DNA of 63,580 nt, filler included. It is 8 parts of 8 records of this genome, joined end to end, with 100 filler letters (N's around TTAATTAATTAA, not from the genome) between each part and the next. Parts side by side here need not be neighbours in the genome. Positions count along the whole stretch, not along the records: positions 6,502 to 11,640 come from SRR31147125_28000; positions 11,741 to 16,776 come from SRR31147125_28004; positions 16,877 to 22,013 come from SRR31147125_28026; 5 more parts are not named here. The stretch is one strand, 5' to 3'. Positions 10,306-20,251 of this stretch are shown in pieces (position 1 is the stretch's first letter; each line of letters opens with the position of its first letter). Under the pieces are notes generated by a model. The model saw only the letters and a program-made list of their open reading frames with translations. It searched no databases and was not told the origin of the DNA. The translations under genes and the position numbers were made by a program.

Positions 10306-11640
10306 CTAATACTGAACTACCGGGAAAGCACTAATCCTTAAGCGTGCCGCTCCCATTGGTACTAATTCTACTTCTTCAATTTGTGTTGAAGTTTCAACCG
10401 GGCTATCGGTAAGCTCTCCACATAAACCTGTCTCATCAATTTTCCAATCAGGAATAATTTTTGCTTTTGCTTTAATCAACATTGGAACTTCTTCCAGAGT
10501 AAATGGAAAGTTTGATTTTGGCCAGGCTTTCTTCTCGACAATAAAATCAAGTTCTGGTTTATCTTCTTTTAATAAAAGACCATAATTCCAGTTTGATACC
10601 GGATGAATCTCATACGATGGCCACTTTTCTTTATCAACTCCAGCCTGCCACTTTGAATCGCCAATGGCTGTTTTGTCACTTTCTTTTTTTACATACTTCT
10701 CCTCGATCTTAAGCGAGAACGTTAGCGGCCCATAGCTAATACTTGCACTGTTGTGGTTTTTTGCCCATCTTTTTACATCAATTTCCATAGGAAGATGAAG
10801 TATGACCTGATCATTGTTTTTCCAGTTTCTTGAAATGATAACATACTTTTTAGCTTCAGCGGTTACATCAAGTTTTTTACCATTTACGGAAATACTTGCC
10901 TTGTTACACCAAGCAGGAATACGAAGGTATAATGGGAATTTAACTTCTTCTTTAGCTTCAATAGTAAATTCAATTTTCTCTTCAAACGGATAGTTTGTTT
11001 TTTCAGAGATCCGAACCTCTTTTCCATCACCAACCTTAGCAATTACGTTATTGGCACTATACATTGCTGCCAATAACCCATTGTCCGGTGTTGCCATCCA
11101 AAGGTTCTCGACAAAATATGGCCAACCTTGAGTATGGTTATGTTGGCAGCATCTTGAGCTAAAAGGGTTCATCATTAAAAATGGACCTCTGTTATCAATT
11201 CCAGGATGGTGATTGGCAGCATCGCATAAAACCATATTTGGTGAAGTGATGTAGTGCAAGGACTTAAAATCGGGCATGGTAGCTGCCGGATAGGTATTAA
11301 AAGCAACTTCCTCTGTATGATCAGCCCAAAAAGGATCACCGGTAATGCGAAGCATCTGCTCATTGGAGTTCATTTGCTCAACAATACCACAAGTTTCAAT
11401 TCCCTGACGTGGGTCATCATATCCGGGACGTGAATTTTCATCTGATCCGAACATTCCTCCCGGAACCTGTCCAAAATGCTCACGAATAATATTGAAGTTT
11501 TCGTAGCTTGCTTTTAAGTGATCTTCATTATGACTTAACAAATAGTATTGAGCAGGTTCACGAAAACACTGTGCATGATTCACATTATGCCAATCTATTT
11601 GATCACCAAACCAACTTGGCCAATCAATACCTTCTCTTTT
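10306..11640 (-). CDS. GH127/GH146-type (DUF1680, beta-L-arabinofuranosidase-like) hydrolase, 3' part
   Basis: ETCGIVEQM, RCCQHN, T.YPF, LRIPAW; frame open to contig edge. Confidence 0.85.
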   Translation of the reverse strand, partial: KREGIDWPSWFGDQIDWHNVNHAQCFREPAQYYLLSHNEDHLKASYENFNIIREHFGQVPGGMFGSDENSRPGYDDPRQGIETCGIVEQMNSNEQMLRITGDPFWADHTEEVAFNTYPAATMPDFKSLHYITSPNMVLCDAANHHPGIDNRGPFLMMNPFSSRCCQHNHTQGWPYFVENLWMATPDNGLLAAMYSANNVIAKVGDGKEVRISEKTNYPFEEKIEFTIEAKEEVKFPLYLRIPAWCNKASISVNGKKLDVTAEAKKYVIISRNWKNNDQVILHLPMEIDVKRWAKNHNSASISYGPLTFSLKIEEKYVKKESDKTAIGDSKWQAGVDKEKWPSYEIHPVSNWNYGLLLKEDKPELDFIVEKKAWPKSNFPFTLEEVPMLIKAKAKIIPDWKIDETGLCGELTDSPVETSTQIEEVELVPMGAARLRISAFPVVQY

Positions 11641-11740
11641 NNNNNNNNNNNNNNNNNNNNNNNNNNNNNNNNNNNNNNNNNNNNTTAATTAATTAANNNN
11701 NNNNNNNNNNNNNNNNNNNNNNNNNNNNNNNNNNNNNNNN
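11641..11740. other. Artificial contig linker
   Basis: N-run with TTAATTAATTAA. Confidence 0.99.
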
Positions 11741-12103
11741 AATGGTCTCCAGGGCATTGGCAATGGTGACTTCCAGAGCCTCCATATAAAGGGGCTTGAC
11801 AAGGTAGTCATAGGCCCCGTTTTTCATACTGGAAATGACCAGTTTGATGTCTTCATAGGCGGTGATCATGATGACCAGCACGTCGCTTTTGTACGTCTGG
11901 AACTCTGACAGGGCTTGGGTGCCCTTGATACCGGGCAGTTCAATGTCCAGCAAAATCAGATCGGCCGGATTTTCCTTAAATGCCTCAAGGGCGTCCTCTG
12001 CGGTTTCATAGGAAAACACAGCATAGTCATCTTCAAGTTCAGATGCCAGGCCCTCCCTGATAGTGGGCTCGTCATCCACAACAAAAATGGTATAATTAAT
12101 CAT
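11741..12103 (-). CDS. Response regulator, NtrC-like N-terminal receiver (3' truncated)
   Basis: IFVVDDE, LILLDIELPG, VIMITAY, GAYDYLVKP; ATG at 12103 overlaps the kinase stop (ATGA). Confidence 0.88.
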
Positions 12104-14616
12104 GATGGCATCCTTGGCCGGGCTATTTGATTGGGTTCCGCCTGGATCACAGGCAACTCTATGACAAACCGGGCCCCGCCCTCCGGGGCCTCTTCCACCA
12201 GTATTTTCCCCTTGTGATCGGTGATAATCCTGTGGCACAGACTCAGGCCTATGCCTGTGGAATGGGCTTTGGTGGTGTAAAAGGGTTCAAATATATTTTC
12301 AGCCAGGTCCGCTGGTACCCCCGGCCCTGTATCTTCCACAACAATCCGAATGCAGCCCTTGCCAAAAGAGGTGGCCAGCCTGATTTGCTTGTCCGTTTGC
12401 TGGCCGTCCATGGCGTCCACTGCGTTGTTGATCAGGTTAAGCACCACCTCCTCAATGAGGTTGGGCTCGGCACAGCAGACAGGCAGATCCCGGGCCAGAT
12501 CCACGTTCAGGGCCACCCCTTTTTTCCCCACGCTCATGTGTGCCAGGTCCACGGCCTCCTGCACGGGCCGGTTTAAATCCACAGCCAGAGCCTTAGGCTC
12601 ACTGGGCTTGGAAAAGTCAATGACCCGTTTGACAACCCCTTCCATTTTATTTGATGCAGTTCTGATGGCCTCAATGGCCGATGTAATCTTATGGGCCTTT
12701 GCCGGGTCAGCCACCCCTTTTTCAATGGACCGAAGATAGATATTGATTCCGGAAAGCGGATTTCTCACCTCATGGCCGATACCTGCGGCCACCCGGCCCA
12801 ATGAGGCCATTTTGTCTTGGACGGTCAGCAGATGCTCAAGCTCTCTGGCCCGTGTCCGGTCAATGGTGGTGACCAAGTAGGCCTTATCATCTCTGTACGT
12901 GATAGGGGTCACCAGACAGGTCACCCATTTTAAATTTTCTTTGGTCTGTCTGGTAAGGGAGGTGTAGAATTTAAAATCCAACTCCGTGGTTTTGGGACAG
13001 CCATCCAGAATGCTCAGGTAAAAGGCCTTGGCAGCCGCCCTGTCTCGGCTGTGGATGTGGCCGTACTGAATGCGCTCTCCCAGGTTGATCTCTCCGGCCA
13101 GTTCAAGCTGTTTGGCGTTCCGGTAGACCACCCTTCCGTTCTGGATGATGGTGATGCCGTTGGGAGAATTTTCCACAATATCCCGAAGATTTTTCTCTTC
13201 CCGGGCCAGGGCCTGTTCCTCCTGCTTTCTGTGGAGGCGCCGCCACAGCCCCTGGGCCAGCAGGGTCAACTGACGAAGATCCGAGGTGTCATAATCCAAA
13301 AATTTATTTCCCACCCCGGCCACCACCACAGGCTTATCTCCCTTGAAAATAGGCACATTCATATAGCGTTTTAATGCCCGATATCCCTTTGGAAGTCCCT
13401 TTTTCATAGGATTGGAGTCAAGGTAGCGGTTGGAGATGACCGCCTCTTTCCGGCGGACAGCCTCTCCCCACAGGCCCTGGGTTTCAATGGTAAATCCCCT
13501 GGTCACCTCGGTGGTCAGTTTTTCAGGGGATGCCGAATGATTGGAACGAACAGAGTAGATAATCCCCTCCTGGTCGTCAAATGCCAGATAGCCGAACCGG
13601 CTTTTTGTCAGGCGCATCATCTGCTGAAAGGCAAACTCAATGATTTCCTGGATGGAGTCATTGGCCCGCTCGTTGAGCTGAAGCAAAGCATCCAGCCGCA
13701 TTTCATTGAACCGGGCAGCTTCGGTGCGCTGCTGCACCTGACGCTGGAGGGTCTGGTTCCAGACGATCACAACGCTGACCAATACCAGGGCACAGCCTGA
13801 TATGCCCGCCACAAAGAACCAAAAGGTTCGGGTTTTGTAAAACGGCTGGGTTTTCAGATGGATCCATCTGGAATAGATCTCCTGATGGTCTGCCTCACTG
13901 ATGCCGGCAAGGGTTTTTTCGATGATGCCGGCAAACAGAGGCCAGTCCTTCCGGACCCCGATTCCCTGGTGCAGCTCAAACCCGGTGTCCCCTGCCAAGC
14001 GGAGATTGGTAATTTTTGCATTTTCAATCACGTACAAAGCATTGGGTACTTCGGTAATCATGGCGTCCAGTTCACCGAAGGACACCTTGTAAAGACCGTC
14101 CTTGTTACTGGCCACGTTCTCAAGGGCCAACTGAGGGTAGGCCTTGCGGACAAAGTCTCCTACGGCGTATTCCTTGGGCACGCCAATGCGCATCCCTGTC
14201 ATTTGCCCAAGGGAAAAATTTTGCTTCATTTGTTTTCTGACAATGATGGTTGTTCTGACGTGGAAATACGGCGGGGACCAGATCATGAATTTCCGCCGTT
14301 CGCCCGTGGGCTGGGCAGCCGGTATGACATCGATTTTTTTTTGTTTTGCTTTGATCAATGTCTCGGGCCAGGAGGGGGATCTTATTATTTTGAACCGGAT
14401 GCCCAACTGGGTCTCAATGAGCCGGATATAGTCGGCTACAAGCCCTTTGTATTCTCCATTTTCATCAAAAAACTCCATGGGTTCCCAGCTTGGTGCCGGC
14501 GCCAGACGTATCTTTTTGTCGTGTGCCCTGAGCCAGGCCCGTTCATCAGGGGTCAATTCAGGCCTGACGGCCGCAGCGAGAGTCACGGGCAGTATGACCA
14601 TACACGCCCAGACCAT
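12100..14616 (-). CDS. Sensor histidine kinase: periplasmic amino-acid-binding (SBP family 3) domain, TM, GAF, PAS, HisKA, HATPase
   Basis: WEPMEFFDENGEYKGLVADY (PBP2); GIGHEVRNPL H-box; NLINNAVDA, DTGPGV, FEPFYTTK, GIGL. True start may be ATG 14663 if one base is missing in the run at 14627-14633. Confidence 0.9.
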   Translation of the reverse strand: MVWACMVILPVTLAAAVRPELTPDERAWLRAHDKKIRLAPAPSWEPMEFFDENGEYKGLVADYIRLIETQLGIRFKIIRSPSWPETLIKAKQKKIDVIPAAQPTGERRKFMIWSPPYFHVRTTIIVRKQMKQNFSLGQMTGMRIGVPKEYAVGDFVRKAYPQLALENVASNKDGLYKVSFGELDAMITEVPNALYVIENAKITNLRLAGDTGFELHQGIGVRKDWPLFAGIIEKTLAGISEADHQEIYSRWIHLKTQPFYKTRTFWFFVAGISGCALVLVSVVIVWNQTLQRQVQQRTEAARFNEMRLDALLQLNERANDSIQEIIEFAFQQMMRLTKSRFGYLAFDDQEGIIYSVRSNHSASPEKLTTEVTRGFTIETQGLWGEAVRRKEAVISNRYLDSNPMKKGLPKGYRALKRYMNVPIFKGDKPVVVAGVGNKFLDYDTSDLRQLTLLAQGLWRRLHRKQEEQALAREEKNLRDIVENSPNGITIIQNGRVVYRNAKQLELAGEINLGERIQYGHIHSRDRAAAKAFYLSILDGCPKTTELDFKFYTSLTRQTKENLKWVTCLVTPITYRDDKAYLVTTIDRTRARELEHLLTVQDKMASLGRVAAGIGHEVRNPLSGINIYLRSIEKGVADPAKAHKITSAIEAIRTASNKMEGVVKRVIDFSKPSEPKALAVDLNRPVQEAVDLAHMSVGKKGVALNVDLARDLPVCCAEPNLIEEVVLNLINNAVDAMDGQQTDKQIRLATSFGKGCIRIVVEDTGPGVPADLAENIFEPFYTTKAHSTGIGLSLCHRIITDHKGKILVEEAPEGGARFVIELPVIQAEPNQIARPRMPS

Positions 14617-14899
14617 CCATGCCCGGAAAAAAATTTCACACCTATGAATAAAATTGAGGTCATTATGGGGGATGATACTACCATAAAAGGTGATTATTCA
14701 AAATATATACCAATCAGCCCAGGCACCGGTACACCACGGCCCTTGCCCCGGCACAGGTTGGTCCTGCCCTGACGAGTCTAAGAAATTTTCAAGTTTTTAA
14801 TAAAATTGTCAGGCCGTCCCCCCTGGCACCACAAAATTTAAATCCTCATAAAGGCCCGGTTAACCGGCATTTCTTCTTGCGCCCCCCAATGAATGGAAT

Positions 14900-14915
14900 T
14901 GGCACAAATCGTGCA
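14900..14915 (+). promoter_or_regulatory. Sigma54 (-24/-12) promoter upstream of pylB
   Basis: TGGCACAAATCGTGCA = GG-N10-GC; AGGAGG RBS at 14959-14964 and ATG at 14971. Confidence 0.7.
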
Positions 14916-14970
14916 ATTTCCGGCAGCAAAGGTCACAATCAGATATGGGCGATGCCCAAGGAGGAACGGT

Positions 14971-16053
14971 ATGGTAGCCGACATCATTGAAAAACGGGAA
15001 AATGGATTTCCTTTTGATAGAGAGGATATCAAAACCCTGCTCTCCCTGTCACAGGCCCAAGATATGGACCTTTTATTTGCGGCGGCAAGAAAGGCCAGGA
15101 AAACATATTTCGGGACCCGGGTCTTTTTGTACGGGTTCCTTTATTTTTCCACCCATTGCCGGAACAACTGCCGATTCTGTCAATACCGCAGGGCCAATAC
15201 CGGCCTGGAACGATATAGAAAAACCGAGGAGCAAATTATTGAGGCTGCAAAACAAATGGGGCGGACAGGGGTCCATCTCATTGATCTGACCATGGGCGAA
15301 GATCCTGAGTTTTTCAAACCGGATTCCGCCCGCTCATCCAATTGGTGAGCAAGGTTAAACAGGCAACCGGGTTGCCGGTCATGGTGTCACCCGGGGTTGT
15401 ACCGGATTCGATTATCCGTGAACTGGCCGAGGCCGGGGGGATTGGCTGGCCTGCTACCAGGAGACCCACAATAGGGATCTGTATGACACCCTGCGGCCGG
15501 GACAGGATTATGACCGCCGTATGGCCGCCAAACGAGCGGCAGCCAGGCAAAGCATGCTTGTGGAAGACGGGCTGCTGTCCGGGGTGGGTGAATCCCTGGA
15601 TGATCTTGCAGACGCCATCATAACCATGCGGGATCAGGCCTATGACCAGGTTAGGGTCATGACCTTTGTCCCCCAGCCCGGCACCCCCATGGCAACACCG
15701 GTTTCAGGCCGGTCTGAGGCACCCTCCAGGAACAAAAAACCATTGCTGTCATGCGGCTGACCATGCCGGACCGCCTCATTCCGGCGTCCCTGGATGTGGG
15801 CGGCTTAGACGGATTAAAAGACCGCCTGGATGCCGGTGCAAACCTGGTGACCTCCATTGTGCCCCCGGCGGCCGGGCTGGCCGGGGTGGCCAACCAGACG
15901 CTTGACATTGAAGAGGCCCGCCGCAGTGTCACCCAGGTATCTGAAATCCTAACGGACTGCGGCCTGTCACCAGCCTCCCAAACCCAATATGACAACTGGA
16001 TCAAAAAACGGCGGCACCTGAAAATACAAACCCTATCCCAGGGTGTCGCTTAG
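14971..16053 (+). CDS. pylB: Methylornithine synthase PylB homolog (radical SAM), split by three apparent single-base deletions
   Basis: YGFLYFSTHCRNNCRFCQYR (CxxxCxxC), GVHLIDLTMGEDP, LPVMVSPG, ACYQETHNRDLY, QVRVMTFVPQPGTP, RLIPASLDVGGLDGL..RLDAGANLVTSIVPP; frames join at about 15312, 15438 and 15723. Confidence 0.85.
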
Positions 16054-16099
16054 TGCCATCACCAAAAAACGAATTGCAACCATTGGAGACCGTTAACAA

Positions 16100-16776
16100 A
16101 TGGAATATTTAAAAAAGGCAGCAAAAACTGCAGAGGGTCACTCCCAGGACATTCGGGGCAAGGTAAAAGAAATCATAAAGGATATTGAGGTCCGCGGTGA
16201 AGCAGCCGTAATTGAGCTGGCCAAAAAATTTGATCATTGGGAAGGTGACTTTATCCTCAGCCCGGAAAAGAAACAGGCCCTGATAAATGAGGTTCCCGAA
16301 GGGGTGAAGGCGGACATCAGATATGCCCATGAACAGGTTTCCGGATTTGCCCGGGCCCAGCGGGACAGCATTAAAGAATTCGAGACCTCCCCCATTGATG
16401 GTGTTCGCTTAGGACAGCGCATCATTCCCATGGATGTGGCAGGGTGTTATATCCCTGGGGGGCGCTTTGCCCATGCCTGCTCTGCGATCATGAGCGTTGC
16501 CACGGCAAAGGCTGCAGGTGTTAAAACCGTTATTGCCTGTTCTCCGCCCAGGGGAAAATCCATTGCCCCGGCAGTGGTTTACGCCCTGGATGTGGCCGGT
16601 GCGGACATCATTCTTGAAATGGGAGGAATCCAGGCCATTGCCACCATGGCATTGGGCCTTTTCACCAACAAACCGGCCAATATTCTGGCCGGCCCCGGGA
16701 ATGCCTATGTGGCCGAGGCCAAAAGTATCCTCTCCTCTGCCGGCAAATGCACCATTGATGTCTTTGCAGGCCCCAC
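16100..16776 (+). CDS. HisD-family NAD-dependent dehydrogenase most like sulfopropanediol 3-dehydrogenase HpsN (3' truncated)
   Basis: EYLKKA N-terminus, AGCYIPGGRFAHACSAIM, ACSPPR, GGIQAIA.MA.G, GPGNAYVAEAK, ID.FAGP. Confidence 0.75.
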
Positions 16777-16876
16777 NNNNNNNNNNNNNNNNNNNNNNNN
16801 NNNNNNNNNNNNNNNNNNNNTTAATTAATTAANNNNNNNNNNNNNNNNNNNNNNNNNNNNNNNNNNNNNNNNNNNN
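16777..16876. other. Artificial contig linker
   Basis: N-run with TTAATTAATTAA. Confidence 0.99.
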
Positions 16877-18466
16877 AAAAAAAAGCTGTTGCGTATGGCC
16901 GCCGCCATTCTTCTGATGGCGGCGGCAGGACTCTACATTGCCTCGAAAGAGGGGGATACCGGAAGCCCTCAGGATAAGACGATCACCCTGGCAAGCTACA
17001 GGGACTTGACACCAGGCAGCAACTTCTTTTTTCCGGAAAGTTCCATCTGTCGAACTTGGGAGAGCCTGGTGGGAATAAAAGAGGATCAATTTTCACCGGT
17101 TCCCCTGCTTGCAACATCGTGGACAATGTCCGATGGCGGGAAACAGTGGATCTTTAATTTAAGACAAAATGTACGATTCCACGATGGCCGTCCTTTTAAT
17201 GCCGATGCCGTCATTGACAACTTTCGTCGGTATGAAAACGCACCGGGTAAAGTGAAATTCTATCGATTTCGAATGGAGCGTTACTACCCCGGTTTCAAAC
17301 GCATTGATAAGATAGGGGACGCTGCAGTCCGTCTCACCTTTCACCAGCCGATACCGACATTACCCTATTATATGGCAAATTGGGGAAGTCCAATGTTCAG
17401 CCCGGCATGTTTTGATAAAAACAGCGGCGAATTTGTAGACGTCCCTTCAGGGACAGGCCCTTTTTGTCTTGTTGAACATGTTGTAGATCAATATTCCGTA
17501 TTGAAACGGTTTGAGGGGTATTGGGGAGAGAAGGCAAAAAGCGAAACAATTCGTCTGAAAGTGATTCCCGAGGTCAATACCCGTTACTCGGCAATGAAAT
17601 CGGAGGAGATCTCCGCGACCCTCGGACTTGCAGGCATTACGCCTGCGCTTGCAGGTGAGCTATTGAAAGATGAGCGCTTTGCCGTCTCTGCGGCACCAAG
17701 CAGTCTTGTCCATTTTCTGGCGGTAAACGGAGAAGAATTTCCTTTCAACGATGTGCGTATGCGCCGGGCAGTCAGTATGATGATCGACAGAGAGTTGTTA
17801 TCCCATGAACTGTATCATGATTTTTTTCCACCCGCGTATAATCTTCTAAGCCCGGTATCACCGTTTCATCACCCCGTCACGGGTTCCCATGACCCGCAAA
17901 ACGCATTATTACTTGCCAAATCGGTCCTTGGCGGCAGACGGGCCGGGCTGGTCCTGCTGCTTTCTACAAAATCGTCGGATTATCCCTATAAGGAAACGGC
18001 ACAATACCTTCAAGCCGTACTCAAACCCATCGGACTCGATATCACCATCCATCAGGTTGAGCACGGCGCATTCAACGACCGTCTTCTTGCCGGTGATTAC
18101 AATCTCTATTTGAGGTGTCAAGGGCTTCCCCACGGAGATCCCATGGGCATTTTCAACGATTACATGCGGTTAAATGGTCGATACGGGATGCACTCCGAGA
18201 CCCAGAACAAGAGATATCATTACAATTATTATAATTTCGAGGCAGAGTCTCTGCTGGATAAAGCGCAGTATGTTTTGGATATGGAAACGCGTCGGGAGTA
18301 CTACAACCGGCTCCAAGAACTTGCCGAATCGACACTTCCGATTATTCCATTGCTCCACGAATCCACGCTCATTGTTCATGATAAAAGACTCTCCGGATAT
18401 CATGCCGCGGCCTATGGCGCAAGTATCCATCAGGCAGAGTGGGGCCCTTGCCATGCCCATAACTGA
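16877..18466 (+). CDS. ABC transporter substrate-binding protein, family 5 (NikA/DppA-like); start at or beyond contig edge
   Basis: PLLATSW..SDGGKQWIFNLRQNVRFHDG.PFNA, GTGPF, PFNDVRMRRAV. Confidence 0.9.
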   Translation, partial: KKKLLRMAAAILLMAAAGLYIASKEGDTGSPQDKTITLASYRDLTPGSNFFFPESSICRTWESLVGIKEDQFSPVPLLATSWTMSDGGKQWIFNLRQNVRFHDGRPFNADAVIDNFRRYENAPGKVKFYRFRMERYYPGFKRIDKIGDAAVRLTFHQPIPTLPYYMANWGSPMFSPACFDKNSGEFVDVPSGTGPFCLVEHVVDQYSVLKRFEGYWGEKAKSETIRLKVIPEVNTRYSAMKSEEISATLGLAGITPALAGELLKDERFAVSAAPSSLVHFLAVNGEEFPFNDVRMRRAVSMMIDRELLSHELYHDFFPPAYNLLSPVSPFHHPVTGSHDPQNALLLAKSVLGGRRAGLVLLLSTKSSDYPYKETAQYLQAVLKPIGLDITIHQVEHGAFNDRLLAGDYNLYLRCQGLPHGDPMGIFNDYMRLNGRYGMHSETQNKRYHYNYYNFEAESLLDKAQYVLDMETRREYYNRLQELAESTLPIIPLLHESTLIVHDKRLSGYHAAAYGASIHQAEWGPCHAHN

Positions 18467-19424
18467 TTGTCTCAAAATAACCGGTTATTTTTTGACAAAG
18501 TCGTTTCAGGCAATCTTTGTCTTGGCCGGTGTCAGTTTCATTGCATTTATTCTCAGTGTGAACTCACCGGGCGATCCTGCCTATCTGATTCTCGTTGCGG
18601 ATGGTAATGCGGAACCCACGCAACGGGAAATTGTGGAAATGCGGCAATCTCTCGGACTGGATCAGCCTTTTTTTCATCAATACTGGCGATGGGCAACAAA
18701 AGCGCTTCATGGGGATTTGGGTCGTTCGTTTGTTACGGGCACCGAGATTGCTGATGAATTTTTGATGCGACTGCCCTATACGGTCACCCTGGCTGTCGTT
18801 TCTATGATTCTTTCAACCGGATGGGGCATATTTCTGGGTCTGTTCATGGCATCGGGTCATAATGGCGTCAAAGATCGTATCGGCCAGGGCATTGCAATGA
18901 CACTGTTATCCCTGCCCGACTTCTGGTTTGCCATCATCCTTATCGGGATTTTTGCCGAAACGTTTCGGATATTGCCCACCTCAGGGGCCGATTCTCCCAT
19001 TCATTACATTCTCCCGGCATTTGTCATGGCTGCCGGTTCAACCGGAAGCCTTGCCAGGCTTTCCAGAACTTTGCTTCTCAATGAAATGGGGATGGATTAC
19101 GTAACCACCGTGAAGTCCAAAGGGGTTTCCGGAACAGATACGCTTTTGCGTCACGCACTTCCCAATGCCATGATTCCCATCTCTACATCACTGGGGCTTC
19201 ATTTCGGACATATCCTTGGCGGGGCTGTCATTGTTGAAACCATATTTGCCATCCCCGGATTGGGGCACTACGTCATGACCGGTATTCTCAATCGCGACTA
19301 TCCGGTGATTCAGGGATTTGTGCTTTATTCCACCGTTTTATACATGACTTTCAATTTCCTTCTCGACCTGATTTATCCTCTGCTTAATCCGGAACTCAGG
19401 CCCAACAAAATGGGGACTCCATGA
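18453..19424 (+). CDS. ABC transporter permease (NikB/DppB-like)
   Basis: PGDPA, LGLDQP..QY, GDLGRSF, EAA-like DYVTTVKSKG, HALPNA, RDYPVIQG; ATG at 18453. Confidence 0.9.
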   Translation: MPITDCLKITGYFLTKSFQAIFVLAGVSFIAFILSVNSPGDPAYLILVADGNAEPTQREIVEMRQSLGLDQPFFHQYWRWATKALHGDLGRSFVTGTEIADEFLMRLPYTVTLAVVSMILSTGWGIFLGLFMASGHNGVKDRIGQGIAMTLLSLPDFWFAIILIGIFAETFRILPTSGADSPIHYILPAFVMAAGSTGSLARLSRTLLLNEMGMDYVTTVKSKGVSGTDTLLRHALPNAMIPISTSLGLHFGHILGGAVIVETIFAIPGLGHYVMTGILNRDYPVIQGFVLYSTVLYMTFNFLLDLIYPLLNPELRPNKMGTP

Positions 19425-20251
19425 ACAGGGGAAAAACGGGGATAATTGTGGCAATATTTGCTGTGGCGATTGTGTTCACCATGATGATCATAACCCTTTG
19501 GGCCCCCTATATCAGCCCTTTCGATCCTTTGGACGTGGATATGCAATCAAGGTTGAAGGCGCCATCCTCAGCCCATCTGTTGGGCACGGATGCCATGGGA
19601 AGAGATTATTTGAGTCGTGTCATTCACGGTGGCAGGGTATCGGTCATCTTGTCCCTTGTGGTGACCTCTCTTGGAATGGTTGTGGGACTGATTGCGGGGA
19701 TTATCGGCGGATATTTCGGGGGGATTACGGATAGTGTCATTTTAGGGATAACCAATATTTTTCTGGGATTACCGGGCATGACTCTTATTATCGCCATTGC
19801 CGGTGCCATGGGGCCGGGGGTGACGACGTTGCTTGTCGCTCTTTCACTTACCGGATGGATGGGGTTCTCGCGAATTATCAGAGGGGAGGTGATGAAGATC
19901 AAACAGGTGGATTTCATGGATGCGGCCCTTGCCATGGGCGCAAGCCATTGGTTTGTCATTTCACGCCACCTTATTCCCAACATGCGAGCCGTTATACTGG
20001 TGACTTTCACGACACGCGTAAGCAGAGCCATGATCCTCATCTCATCATTGAGTTATCTCGGCTTTGGGCTGGAACCGCCTGCTCCGGATTGGGGCGTCAT
20101 GGTGAGAGATGCATTAAACTATTTTAGAAGTGCTCCCCATTTGATTCTTGCACCGGGAGCCTGCATTTTTTTGTTGGTCTTTAATTTGAATATTATCAGT
20201 GATTTTCTACGAGACTATTTTGATGTCAGGGAAGATGCCGTTCAAGGATAG
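19421..20251 (+). CDS. ABC transporter permease (NikC/DppC-like)
   Basis: HLLGTDAMGRD, FMDAALAMGAS, HLIPN, LSYLGFG, DWG. Confidence 0.92.
   Translation: MNRGKTGIIVAIFAVAIVFTMMIITLWAPYISPFDPLDVDMQSRLKAPSSAHLLGTDAMGRDYLSRVIHGGRVSVILSLVVTSLGMVVGLIAGIIGGYFGGITDSVILGITNIFLGLPGMTLIIAIAGAMGPGVTTLLVALSLTGWMGFSRIIRGEVMKIKQVDFMDAALAMGASHWFVISRHLIPNMRAVILVTFTTRVSRAMILISSLSYLGFGLEPPAPDWGVMVRDALNYFRSAPHLILAPGACIFLLVFNLNIISDFLRDYFDVREDAVQG

Noticed and set aside
13858-14772. 304-aa plus-strand ORF and other long antisense ORFs in the high-GC contig
   Set aside because: Shadow frames of the sensor kinase with no recognisable motifs.
14620-14970. tRNA-Pyl (pylT) upstream of pylB
   Set aside because: I found no cloverleaf with a CUA anticodon or tRNA-like acceptor stem by eye.
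16051-16100. Amber read-through fusing pylB (TAG stop) to the dehydrogenase
   Set aside because: The downstream gene is in a different frame and has its own RBS (GGAG) and ATG.
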